In this document: piece by piece, positions 1-11,470 of the stretch
How positions within the stretch are numbered: the first letter of the stretch is position 1
Layout of the letters: the number at the start of each line of letters is the position of its first letter
From: Trichoplax adhaerens
Lineage: Eukaryota > Animalia > Placozoa
DNA: 64,000 bases
Assembly (NCBI RefSeq): GCF_000150275.1
Contig: NW_002060943.1
Location: 4,112,008 to 4,176,007 of the forward strand
Direction: 5' to 3'
The notes under the pieces: generated by a model
Databases searched by the model: none
Told to the model about the DNA's origin: nothing
The model's input: the letters and a program-made list of their open reading frames with translations, nothing else
Translations under genes and position numbers: made by a program

Positions 1-339
1 ACGCTATCTTACTTCGATAATTTATATACGAATTTATTGTCCTAATGTATTTACCTTTGTTATTCGCTAAAATTAATTATCAGGACAGGGGCGGGATTCT
101 ACTGGGTGATCTATACTAAAATAATACTGCAATAATTTCAAATCGTCAAGAGTCCCTATATTGTACAGTATACTGTACGTGGCAAAGACTTAGTAGATTC
201 CTAATTGATAGTTTATCACAGACTACTTCAATACTCTATATGCGTATTAAAATGTACTTTAATTTACCGTTGACTGTGTCATCATTGCACAAGGGACATT
301 TTGCCAGTACAGAAATGATACTCGTATAATTTCAAATTG

Positions 340-620
340 TCAAAGAGTCCACATTCATAGGAAAGATTAAACAGTTACCCTTAATTGATAATGATCATCT
401 CTTGGCACCACATTTACTATGAACTTTAACATCACGACCAATTTAGCTAAATAGCACCGATATGATTATCAAAAGTCCATATTCATAGGAAAGATGAAAC
501 AGTTACCCTTAATTGATAATGATCATCTATTGGCATCACATTTACTATGAACTTTAACATCACGACCAATTTAGCTAAATAGCACCGATATGATGGTCAA
601 GAGTCCATATACGCAGGAAA
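340..620. repeat. Tandem duplication with a 128-bp period (two near-identical copies plus the start of a third)
   Basis: AGTCC anchor at 346, 474 and 602; the units differ by only a few substitutions; a degenerate partial copy (TAATTTCAAAT..TCAAGAGTCC) lies at about 132-155. Confidence 0.9.
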
Positions 621-1161
621 GATAATATATGTAATTACCCTTATCATACTACTAACTTAAAAGTCGCTATGATAGCGTCATAATACTGTATGTAGACCGT
701 AAAGATAATTCTGGCCGATGGCTGTTAATACTCAGCTTCAAATAGTTTCATCTCGTAGCTAGTTATAGCTGTGACATGTATAGCTATGACTCTATAAACT
801 TGCAGCTTTAGAATTTCGATCAAAGCATGTAATAGCTTCTTTGCCTTTTACTTATTATTAACTAATCTTTAATGTGAAATGGAATCAGTTTTGATCTGTA
901 GATAACAGTATTAACATGATACTTTCTCTGAAATTTTTACTTGCTCGTAAGCCTTACTTATGAATGTTGAATGTACGGCTGTATCAATTCTAGTCAAGTG
1001 TGCTATTTGTATAACCATGGTAGACATCTCACTTTAGAAGCTAGTTACTTGTTATCACTCTGTTATAGTAAACATTCTTGTGTACCTTGTCAACTGCTTA
1101 CGCAACAGTTTATTAAAAGTTATAATTAAGAATATATTAATTACATATTATTTATTCATAG

Positions 1162-4100
1162 GTTACTCCTCAACATGAGAGTACGCTTCATGGGTCAAGG
1201 GAGACTGTTGCTACGTTGTCAGATGATGATAAAGCACGAAGTTAGGATTATTCTGATATGTATAATAATACTTTAGTATTTGAAAAGGAAACATAATCTC
1301 GATATCAATTTTCTTAGTTACAAGATTGATGAAAAGTGAATTTAAGGACGTTGACGAAAATGTCGTTGTCACCGTTCTAAACAGCGTACGTCAGATTTAT
1401 TCTTCTATACGCTTTAGATAGCATTTCTTTGCCGTAAAATTAAATTTAGATCTATTTTTTATACTACTCTTGAACACAACTGCGTTGGTAAATTAATGGT
1501 GGGATAACAGGCCAACTTTAATGAACAGGATACTAGATTTGTTTTAAAAGAGCAACAAGGTTAGTCTATATTTTATATTTTCCTAAAATTGAAACCATGA
1601 AATTAATATCTACGAAAGTATGCGTATAGTGTAATGACAATGCAAAATCAATCGATATCCATGAAACTGATGCTATTGCTATTTTTCAAATTAATCAGAC
1701 GAGGCGCGTAAAGAAAGAAAGAGGTGATATATCATTCCAGAGACGATACAATTTCATTTATCATGTTAAATGCAGTCGTATTATCGTGATATATACCATA
1801 AATATGACGAAATTTTACAGAAAAGAGGAGGAACAACGTTTACGAAAAGAAAGAGAACAACGTGCTAAGAGAGAAGCAGAAGAGAAATTGCGCAAGGAAA
1901 AAGAAGAACGTGCTCGTAAACAAAAGGAAGATGCACGACGAACAGAACGTATGTAAAGTAACTTGTACTTGTTTGTATCATCTTAACAATCTATTTGACT
2001 TTATAATCATTAACAATTCCATTATGAACAATTTGATAGTTTTACAAAAATTGCAGAAAGAGTTTAGAGGAATCGACTCCACTGTTATAACTGGCATATT
2101 AGACGCTGTAAGTATGAATAGTCTGAATAATATTATGGGTTGTATCTGAAGGATAGATTTACAAAATTTCTGCGTTTTTGAAAATTAAGTAAATCTCATA
2201 GTTTATATCATGTCCAGATCGAGCTTATGTTATTATAATTCAATAACGCTGATATATTGTATTTTAGGCAAACTATGATGAAACGAAAGCAACAACAATA
2301 CTTCGAGAACAAGAAAGTTAGTGCTTCCTCACCTTCCATATCATGATTAATATTGTTGAATAATCAAAATAGTAAAGATCATAAACATACTAAAATTGAT
2401 GCATATATTCACACTGATTATCTAATAGATGAAAGAAAGAGAGAAGAACAAAGGCGGTAAAGGAATGCTTATTTCATGCAAGATTTTTATTCTAAACTAT
2501 ACCGTAAAAAATTTTTAATATATAACATTCAGATTCAGTTATCATTGTTCGTATTAGTGTATCTAAAACTAAGACTATAAATTATCATAATAGTATAAAA
2601 CTATTTCTATGAGAATTTCATCCGATTTAATGCTAACTACGGTAATGTTACAGGGCAGAGTCAGCAAAGAGGGCCGAAAGGGTTGCTCAAGTAAATGCAC
2701 GAAAGGAAGCGGAAGAAAAAAGTAGGAAAGAAAGGCAAGCTAAAGAGAAAGTTCTCGAAGAGCAAAGAGCATCTGATAATTGTAAGTCTTATTATGCACA
2801 TATTAAGCGTATTAAATTCATTCAATGTAACTATATTGGCCGCATTTGCAAAGAGATTGTTCTTAAATTATAAAACTGTATCCTTTAATTTACAGTATCA
2901 GTTACTTTCCAAGGCGAATTTAAAGATATAGATGAAAAAATAATCGAATCAACAATTAAATTCGTAAGTTCTCCTCAAATTATATGAATTATACATATCT
3001 GATTTGATGAGTAAATTAATATTCCAGTGTTAGTCTTCACGATAAACTATGTTGGAATAATAAGCTATCTATTAAATTTAGGTGGGCTATGATGAAAAGA
3101 AGGCTAGAGCAGCATTAAAAGCTTACCGTGGTAATATACTATAATTTATGTATTACCATAGTATGTGTTGTTATTCAATAGTAGGCTTCATGGATACGTC
3201 GTAACTGCAAATTATTGATATAAATAAAATGAAAGCAATTTATATTAGTGATTACTCTGTTAAAATCTAATGAATATGTATCAATGTCGTATAGATAGAA
3301 ATAATACAACAACATCTTCGGCTACAAGGTAAGTTATCCTACTAATTCTCTTTATTTTCCGTATATTAATTATTGTCTTTATAAAAGCTATTTTAAGTAA
3401 ATTATAAGCTGACTGTTAATAACGTAATGTAACGGTGCACTCTAAATGAGTTGTGCTATCTGATAAAATGCTGCTAGCCCATCTTTTACGAATTGTTAAT
3501 TTATTAACAGATCACCACAGACAAGCACTACCCAAGCCAAAGTAGTAAAAACACTGAAAGGAAACAGACCTGACCATAGCCTTAATCAACCCGAAAGCAG
3601 TACCAGTGCTAGTACTGAAGCTATAAGAATGCCAATTCCTCAGCCAGTGCCTTCTACAGCACCCAAACAATCTAATCTAGCTTCCAGAGAACCAGCACCC
3701 AGACAAAGTAATCAAGCTTCCAGAGAAAGATCTGCTAGAGTTTCGCCTACTGTACCTGGTAAATTGTTCGTTAATGAACTAGAACCACATCCTACCATAA
3801 TAACTTGTTTGTTCTGCTAAATCTAACATATATTCTAATAAATATAAAATTTTTGTAGTCTTTACTTAATAGCATCGTATTTCTTTAAATGATTGCTTTA
3901 GTGGCCTCTAAAAATAAAGTGCAATACAAGTCGGCAATAGCTTCTATTCCAGTTGGCCCGCAACCCGAATTTAGAAAATCTGCAAATCTAGACAATCTAT
4001 CGTAAGATAGGACACTGACCATCTAATATCATTGTTATTATGATTTATGAAATCAATCTTAATTTTAATATAATTGTAGGAAAGATCGTGTGATTGTAGC

Positions 4101-4362
4101 CGGCCCTAGTATTGAGAATTGTAATGGACCCCAAAATATTCACGCCGGTCCCTCTGTCGTTCCTTCTCAAAAGCAGACACCCAAAGGTTTAATTAAAATC
4201 TAATTTATTGATCCTATTCTTTAAATTAGCTTTTTTTGATACGCAAATGCTGATTGAATTTATTTCAAATTGCAAGGACCACAATATGATCTCAGAAAAG
4301 GACCGAATCTCTCCATACGTACAGGTCCCGTCCATTTCCAGGGTGTTCCACTTAAAAGTTAA
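1162..4362 (+). CDS. Multi-exon gene (5' end not located) encoding three CUE/UBA-like domains separated by E/R/K-rich helices, then an S/T/P-rich linker and a GP-repeat C-terminus
   Basis: GT-AG exons that splice in frame: 1162-1240, 1318-1385, 1511-1559, 1699-1723, 1821-1948, 2040-2107, 2268-2316, 2429-2456, 2654-2781, 2896-2963, 3082-3130, 3295-3328, 3511-3758, about 3902-4001, about 4080-4186, about 4277-4362 (TAA). Repeats read EFKDVDENVVVTVLNSANFNEQDTRFVL, EFRGIDSTVITGILDAANYDETKATTIL and EFKDIDEKIIESTIKFVGYDEKKARAAL. Confidence 0.75.
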
Positions 4363-5853
4363 ACGATGCTTGACATTAGCTTCTTATTCTGGATTGATTG
4401 GTACGTTGGCCGGGAGAATATCGGCTGATATCTCACAAATTTTCACATTATAAAATAGACATACTTTAAAATTGACCTGCAATATACAGGCAAAATATGA
4501 AAATATATGTAAATAATAGGGTTATGATGCTGTATTTACAGATTGGCGAGTTCTTTTATCTTGATAATTATAATTATTTTTGCGCTAAATGCGCAACACC
4601 TGTAAGAACGATGATTGGTTAATAAGCTGGTAGATATTTATGTACTTGGTACTGTAGAATTATAGTTTGCTTCCATCTTAATTTCAGGAAAGATTCGAAA
4701 TAACGTCTTTTCAATACTGTCATTGTACGTTACTGTATATGTAACGCTATTGCCATTTGCTTAAACTTTATGAAGGCTGCATATGTACTGTGAGAATCAA
4801 TTCATTTTTATTCGTTAGACAATTTATGGACTTAACTAATTATATTGCTTTAATATTCTAATACTTTGTCATGTCAATATCCACTACATAATAAAAAATA
4901 GCGAACCATAATTATCATCAGGTTTTTGGATTTAAATGCGATTTTTATGAGATTTTACTGATATCAATTTGAAAAATTGCACTACTAGTCCAATCACGTA
5001 GCTTAAAAATGTGCTACAGGATTACTCCATGCCCATATAGGGTCGAATTAAAATGTTACAGTTGTCATAATACGCATATTACTCTTTTATGTGACATTCA
5101 ATTTTAATAACTACAGGGCAAGAAAACATAAATAGAATACTAAATTTTTTAAATAACGATTTTTAATGTAAAATTAATGATCAAGTCTTTATAGTTGAAT
5201 AACATCGTAGTTAAGTTTTAGTCCACATATAAATTTATAAAAGATTTTTGTCACCATCAAAAATGTTCGATAAAGAGTTAATATAACTATTTTATATAAC
5301 AGCGGGTTGCAGTGGAGGTTTCGGTATGTAATGCTTTCATTTCACAGCGCAATTTACATTTATGGCATGCCTTTTAATTTACGAGGGCTAATAATACTGT
5401 ACATGTGGATCACAAATCATGCAAACAACATCTTTTCGTATAAACAGCACTCAAACAACAAAGATTGACTCAAAAAAAAAGTTATTTTAATTACGTAGTA
5501 TTTATAAGAAATTATATATATATTTGAAGCATCAAGGTAATGCATATATTCAGAAGTATCGATCTGCATATAATTATAATAAAGCAAGTTTTGACATCAC
5601 AAAATATTTTGTTTGAAATAAAAGTTACAGTAGTATTCCTGAAAGGATAACATAAAACGTACACATTATTCGTATAAATTCTCCTATTTAAATATTTATG
5701 ATAGCGTAAATTTGAAACTTCTTTCATCAGTTAGTCATATGTATCACTACAGAAATTAAAAATCATAGCTTAAATAAATAAAATATATTGGCTACGTCAC
5801 TTTGATGTAGTAAATATAAATAGCGATACTACTAATATCGCCTTTTTATATCA

Positions 5854-8622
5854 TTACTGGCCGAACTTTGAACAAAATTTTCTATATACACCATTACTCA
5901 TAATACATTTTACAATCAGGCTTTTTCCATTTTTGCTTGGTACCAGGTCTGATACATTTGCTTCTCGATATAGCCAACTATCATAAGCGAAAAAGGAAAG
6001 TATCAAAGATCATTGAAATCTCATAAACTCGTGATTTTTGTCTGTCATAATATACACTCTAAATCATCACATATGAAATATTACTAATACTATTACCTAA
6101 GCTGTTGGCCACCGTTTGGGATTTGTAACTTGTAAAATTGCTTGCCAGTTGTTTTCATTAAGCCATTTTCGATATTTTGACTCAATAATTCGAAATTTTC
6201 TTTCTTTGTAGCTGATACTGCCACGGCATTGTGATCATCTGTCGAAAGATTGGATTGATAGTCTTCTCTGTTTCATTGAGTTCAATATATAACGAAAATG
6301 AAAGCGTTATTTAATAACTAAACCGCTGGCAATTATAGGTAAAAACAAGGGTAAAGATTTAAAAAATTAATTTTGTCTCGTACATTAAATCTATTTTGTT
6401 ATGAACTTCAATCATATTCTCCAGGGCAGTTCTCGGCAAGTATAAATCTCTTAGAACATTAAGTACACTTGCTTTTTGCTTTTCAGTTTCAGGATGACTA
6501 ATATCACGAATATGAAGGAGTAAATCCTAGCATTTGAAAATGGAATTAATATATTATCAAAGAGAAAAAACATTCCTTAAATTGCTGGTTTAAGAGTACA
6601 CTTAGATCAAGTAGCAGCGCTATACAGTTATAGAGTATTGGACAGCTACTTACAGCGTTGATGACATCTTCCAAAGTAGCAGAAAAAGACTCTAATAAAT
6701 CATGCGGCAGGTCAGAAATGAAGCCAATTGTATCAATATAAAGAATCTGAAAGCCAGATATTAATTGCCCAGAATAGACCGTAGTATCTAGAGTAGCAAA
6801 TAGTTTGTCCTTTGGAATCATTGACTTCTCACCAGTCAAGGCTTTTATCAAAGTCGTTTTTCCTATATTTGACATTGGTTGAAGTAGAAATACGGTTACA
6901 TAGGATATGAACATGATCAATTAATGACATCAGTATACCCACACGATTGGATAAAGTAAATAAACTTACCAAGAATAAAATAGGCTAACAATGCCATTCG
7001 TACTGTCTAAAAATTTATATTATTTATTCAGAATGCCATAAGCTGATAATAACCTGCATTGGTATAGCCTAGGACTGCTACAGTAGGAATTTCATTTCGT
7101 TGGCGTTTTAAACGCACTGTAGCCCTCTTTTGACGAATATCCTTTAGCTTTCTCGATAACTGCCTATATTTATACTCCAGTGCTCTTCGGCCTATTTCCT
7201 GACCTGATTCACCAGCACGCCCAAGATGGCCTCGATCAAGATCATACGCCTCAACTGTGAAGGATAGCTGCGATCTGAAAATGAAATTATTTTGATTCTA
7301 ATTTATACAGAGTTTCTTATCAATTTGCAAATTTATAGTAATACTTTAATACGCGTCAGTAATTTAAGTATAAAAATATATGCAATAACTTTTAACAATA
7401 ATTCTACTGTACAATATTTCCTATTCGACTCTATAACTCAGTGGGTATGATTAGTTATAGCTATATTGCATAGCGTCATTGTAAATGATTAAGTATTTAA
7501 GTTAAAGCATACGTAGTAGAGGAGAAAATATACGATTGATATGCGTTTTGTACTTGAGCATGTGTAGTATTGTGATGTGTACGAGTACTTAACACCTTGT
7601 ATAGCACTTTGAAATGTCCTCCTTATGGCAAAGATGTTGAAATAATATCACCTATACATCTACTAAAGCCACAATCTAGTCATTCTAATCACTGCATCAA
7701 TTGAATTTTCTTATTATGTTTATTAATAATATATTCAATCTACAGTATATACCGAACAGCTTAACATTCTGTATTGCTGTATTGCAACAATTGTACTTTA
7801 TGATTGTTATGATGTATATTTGATATGCCAATAGAGCTAAGCCATGAGCGATTGGAGCGTTTACCTTAAATACTTTAATGAAGCTAATTCAACTTGTATT
7901 TTTGCTTCTTGAGTACGCGCATGTCGCTTAAATATTTGTAATACAATCCCATATCGATCATAGACAGGTAGCGACCATAATTTCTGTAAGGTTTGACGTT
8001 GATTAGCCTGTAACTGGGTTGTATTTAAGAAGACAGCGGTAACTTGATGTTTCTGCTTCAGCTTGTTCATCAAATTGCATAATTCTCCAGTTTTCCCTTT
8101 ACCAAAAAATGTCTTTTTATCTTCTATTTTTAACGATTCTACTGTTGTAGCAACAACTTTACCCTTTAGGGTATCCATTAATGCTACAGCCTCGGCCACT
8201 CGAAGTTGAGGTGTTGATAATGTATCCCTATTCCTTCCCCATTTAATATTGGGATGTACAATCACAACTTGAGTCAATTGATTATCTAAATTTAATTTCT
8301 CATACATTCTTTCGTATTCAAGTTCTAATTCTTCCAATGTGATATTCTTGAATTTCTCCAATGATAAGCTCATTCTATCAACGCTATCATCATAGCGATT
8401 GCAAATTGAACGACAACATTGCAGCACCACCTTTGCAATAGGTAGATTGCCTATCCTTTCCATACTCGCTCCTAACCTACTGCAGCGATAGGCTGACCCG
8501 ATAGTACAGCCCTGATTCCATGTAGAAACATATTTACAATTATTGCTAGTAGTAAAATAAAACTGATATAAATTCCTTAAACTAGACCGATAAGGCAGCG
8601 ATGATTTCAATCGTTGAAGCAT
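5854..8622 (-). CDS. GTPBP6: HflX-family GTPase (mitochondrial ribosome recycling/assembly factor), 6 exons
   Basis: HflX N-domain motifs FFGKGK and DRYGIVLQIFKRHARTQEAKIQVELA; G1 GYTNAGKT split by an intron; LFATLDTT; DTIGFISDLPHDL; NKID; C-terminus SWLYREA...KFGQ*; Arg/Ser/Leu-rich N-terminus like a mitochondrial presequence. Confidence 0.93.
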
Positions 8623-9389
8623 TTCTTAACTTGATTCGATCCAGTAAACTATTCTAGATGGACAACCTCAAGCCTTCATTGATTCCTGTTTCGATCCGTT
8701 GAATGAATAAATCTGCAGGTACAGTATGAGTTGTAGCACACCTGACGATAGTGTAGGCTATATTGCACGCTGGCTCGAAATAGATATAAGCGGTTAAGGG
8801 TGACACATTTTTGCACAGTTCAGAAGCGTACTATAAACAGGTCAAGACACCGCTAGGGTTCAATATTGTACCGCATACTGTTATGAGCACAGTCTACCAA
8901 GACTGTGCTCATTCCAAACAGCTATTAATGGAGTAAAGCATGGAGATACATGATTTAGCACATGATTAATAGAACCTCCTACACCAGTGTACACATGCAG
9001 TACTTGTGTAAATCTCGAACTGCATAGAAAATGTGGAGGATAACTAGTTCGAGATCAGGTAGATCGATCTTTTTCTACTATACTGTATACAGGTGGATAT
9101 GGAAAAGATGTCAGTGATGTGCTAAACTAGTGTCATATACTAATGTTATGATTCATTCTTCCGTAGTAATCAAACAAGAAGGCTGTAGTAAGTGTACTTA
9201 ACTGAAGGAGAAAATAATTGCCTGAGAATACGGAAAGGGCTGTAGTTAATAGTGTCCTTTATTTAATCAAAGATCTCTTTTCGAGAGTTTGGCCATGGAG
9301 AAACAGAATATATAACTACAGACAGAGATGACTGGCAGACAGCTCGGAAGTGGACAATTGGACACTGGACAGTCAAGAATGATACAGCT

Positions 9390-9665
9390 ACTGTATACAG
9401 TAGTACAATATTGCAACTGTAAATAATTGATACTGGCATTTTTTCTTCATAGTCTTATTATACTGTAGTATGGAAAATTGGCACTTGATAGAACACTACT
9501 TCAGTAGCACATTACAGTGTACAGTACTGTCAAATTGATTGTACAGCCATACAGTCCAGTACAGTACCGTCTGTCAGTCTGAGGCTGAATGTCAGAGTTA
9601 GGACTATATCGGACCGGACCGAGACCGAGAGCAATGCAAACAGTACAGTACAGTACTATACTGAG
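9390..9665. promoter_or_regulatory. TACAG/CTGTA-rich array in the GTPBP6-RPL32 divergent promoter
   Basis: CAGTACAGTACAGTACTATACTG at about 9641-9663 and GGACCGGACCGAGACCGAGA at about 9611, directly upstream of the RPL32 pyrimidine tract. Confidence 0.5.
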
Positions 9666-9689
9666 TATCAATAATACGCAAGCGCATCA

Positions 9690-9707
9690 TTCCTCGCTTT
9701 CTTCTTC
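9690..9707 (+). promoter_or_regulatory. 5'TOP/TCT-like polypyrimidine initiator of RPL32 (non-coding exon 1 ends at 9728)
   Basis: TTCCTCGCTTTCTTCTTC followed by donor CAG|GTAGGT; typical of ribosomal protein genes. Confidence 0.6.
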
Positions 9708-9878
9708 ACCATCGCCATAAGTCTGCAGGTAGGTTCTTTCGACATGTTGAACTATCCATCGATATTACATGATTTCTAATCTCCATCGGTAGATTTTAGC
9801 AATAAAAGATCATAGATACAACCATTTTACACTTGTTGACAATGTTTTTTTCAATTTTTTACTTAAAATAAAGACAAA

Positions 9879-10445
9879 ATGGTCACTCCAGTAAATAAGC
9901 GAAAAATTGTTAAGAAAAGGACGAAAAGATTCATTCGTCATCAATCTGATCGATATGTTAAAGTCAAAGTAAATGATGCTGAGATATCACTAATTCTATC
10001 TGTAGAAAATTATTAACTCTTTCTAACGCGAAATACTAACATATTCATTCTTTTAGCCGAGCTGGAGAAAGCCGAAAGGTATCGATAATCGTGTCAGGCG
10101 ACGCTTTAAAGGTCAATACTTGATGCCTAGCATTGGCTATGGTAGTAACGCCAAAACTAGACACCAAATGCCAGACGGATTTAAAAAATTTGTCATACAC
10201 AACGTCGAGGTAAACATCATGCCCTACGGACAATTTTTTAGGGTAAAGAATAGATGTAATACAGATATTTTGATCAATTGCAGGAATTAGAAGTATTGCT
10301 AATGGCGAATCGAAGTTACGCAGCTGAAATCGCTCATAACATTTCAAGTCGTAAACGTCAGAAGATTGTCCAACGAGCAGACGAGTTATCTATCAAGATA
10401 ACTAATCGCGAAGCAAGGTTACAGAGTCAAGAGGCTGAAGCATAA
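9879..10445 (+). CDS. RPL32: 60S ribosomal protein L32 (eL32), 3 coding exons
   Basis: Exons 9879-9968, 10057-10209, 10284-10445 give [60 protein letters not shown]...[13 protein letters not shown]. Confidence 0.98.
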
Positions 10446-11470
10446 AAAGGATGCAAGCTTCGTTTCTTTCCACTGTAATTGTATTTTATGGATGAACTGC
10501 AAAATATTAAAAAGCCATTTTTGTGAATATCTACATCTCCGGTGTTGTTAACTTTGTTTTGGCTACCGAGGTTTATTTACAAGTTATTTGCAACTAAAAG
10601 ATAAACTAGAGATGTTGTCCACTGAAATACCTACGGTACTCTATATTTAACTGGTAGCTATAGAATGCAAGAGTTTGCAATCCAGTCTACTTTCTACCCT
10701 ATAGTATAGATTCTACGACTTCAAACTGCAACTTGGTTATATACGCATAGCTTAACTGCAGATCCTTTAGGATCTTTAGCAGTTATTGCTCAAAATCTGT
10801 AGATTTGTTCTTTTCGTTAGCAGGACCTAATTGTGTACATGATCATACCTTTCCCAAATAATTGACAAGCAATGTCATGTCAGTGATTAAAAGTAAGTGA
10901 CAGCTGCGAATCCCGTCATATATCAAAGGTGAAAAAGCGCTGCGGTATGTGGTAGTATTAGTTTTTCTTTCTTTATATAATAGTAATTAATAGGAAGACA
11001 TTACACGATTACTTAATGCAGTTTATTAGCTCTTACTGATGATCATCAGCGACAAATGCAGTTGATGCCTGTGACAAAAGTGCATGACATCAGCACGTAG
11101 TACAATATTAAATGGAGCAGCTACGTACGCATGTACTATGTAGTCGGCATGATATTTAGTGCACTTTCCTTATTATAGTGTCAATAAATTAGTAGTGCAC
11201 ACTAAATTTTGCAAGCCAATTTATAGCGTAAATTGTCATATTTCTAAGCATTCACGTAACCGTGAGGAAATACAGACAAGCATCAACTGTAATTATTCGC
11301 TATACGAGAGTCCAACTCCACAGACTCTAATATTGCAGATAAATAATTTTAACTTAGCGGGTATTTACATAGTGCAGAAATAAGGATGCAAAATTATTAT
11401 TCTGATGACGTTATTTTAAGCGTCCAAAGCAGGAACTAGTCCTTGAAAATTTTAAAATAGCATGGCAACA

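Noticed and set aside
1862-2931. ORF-track entries 1862-2149 and 2695-2931 (basic K/R-rich peptides)
   Set aside because: They are off-frame or intron-spanning readings of exons of the CUE-SAH gene
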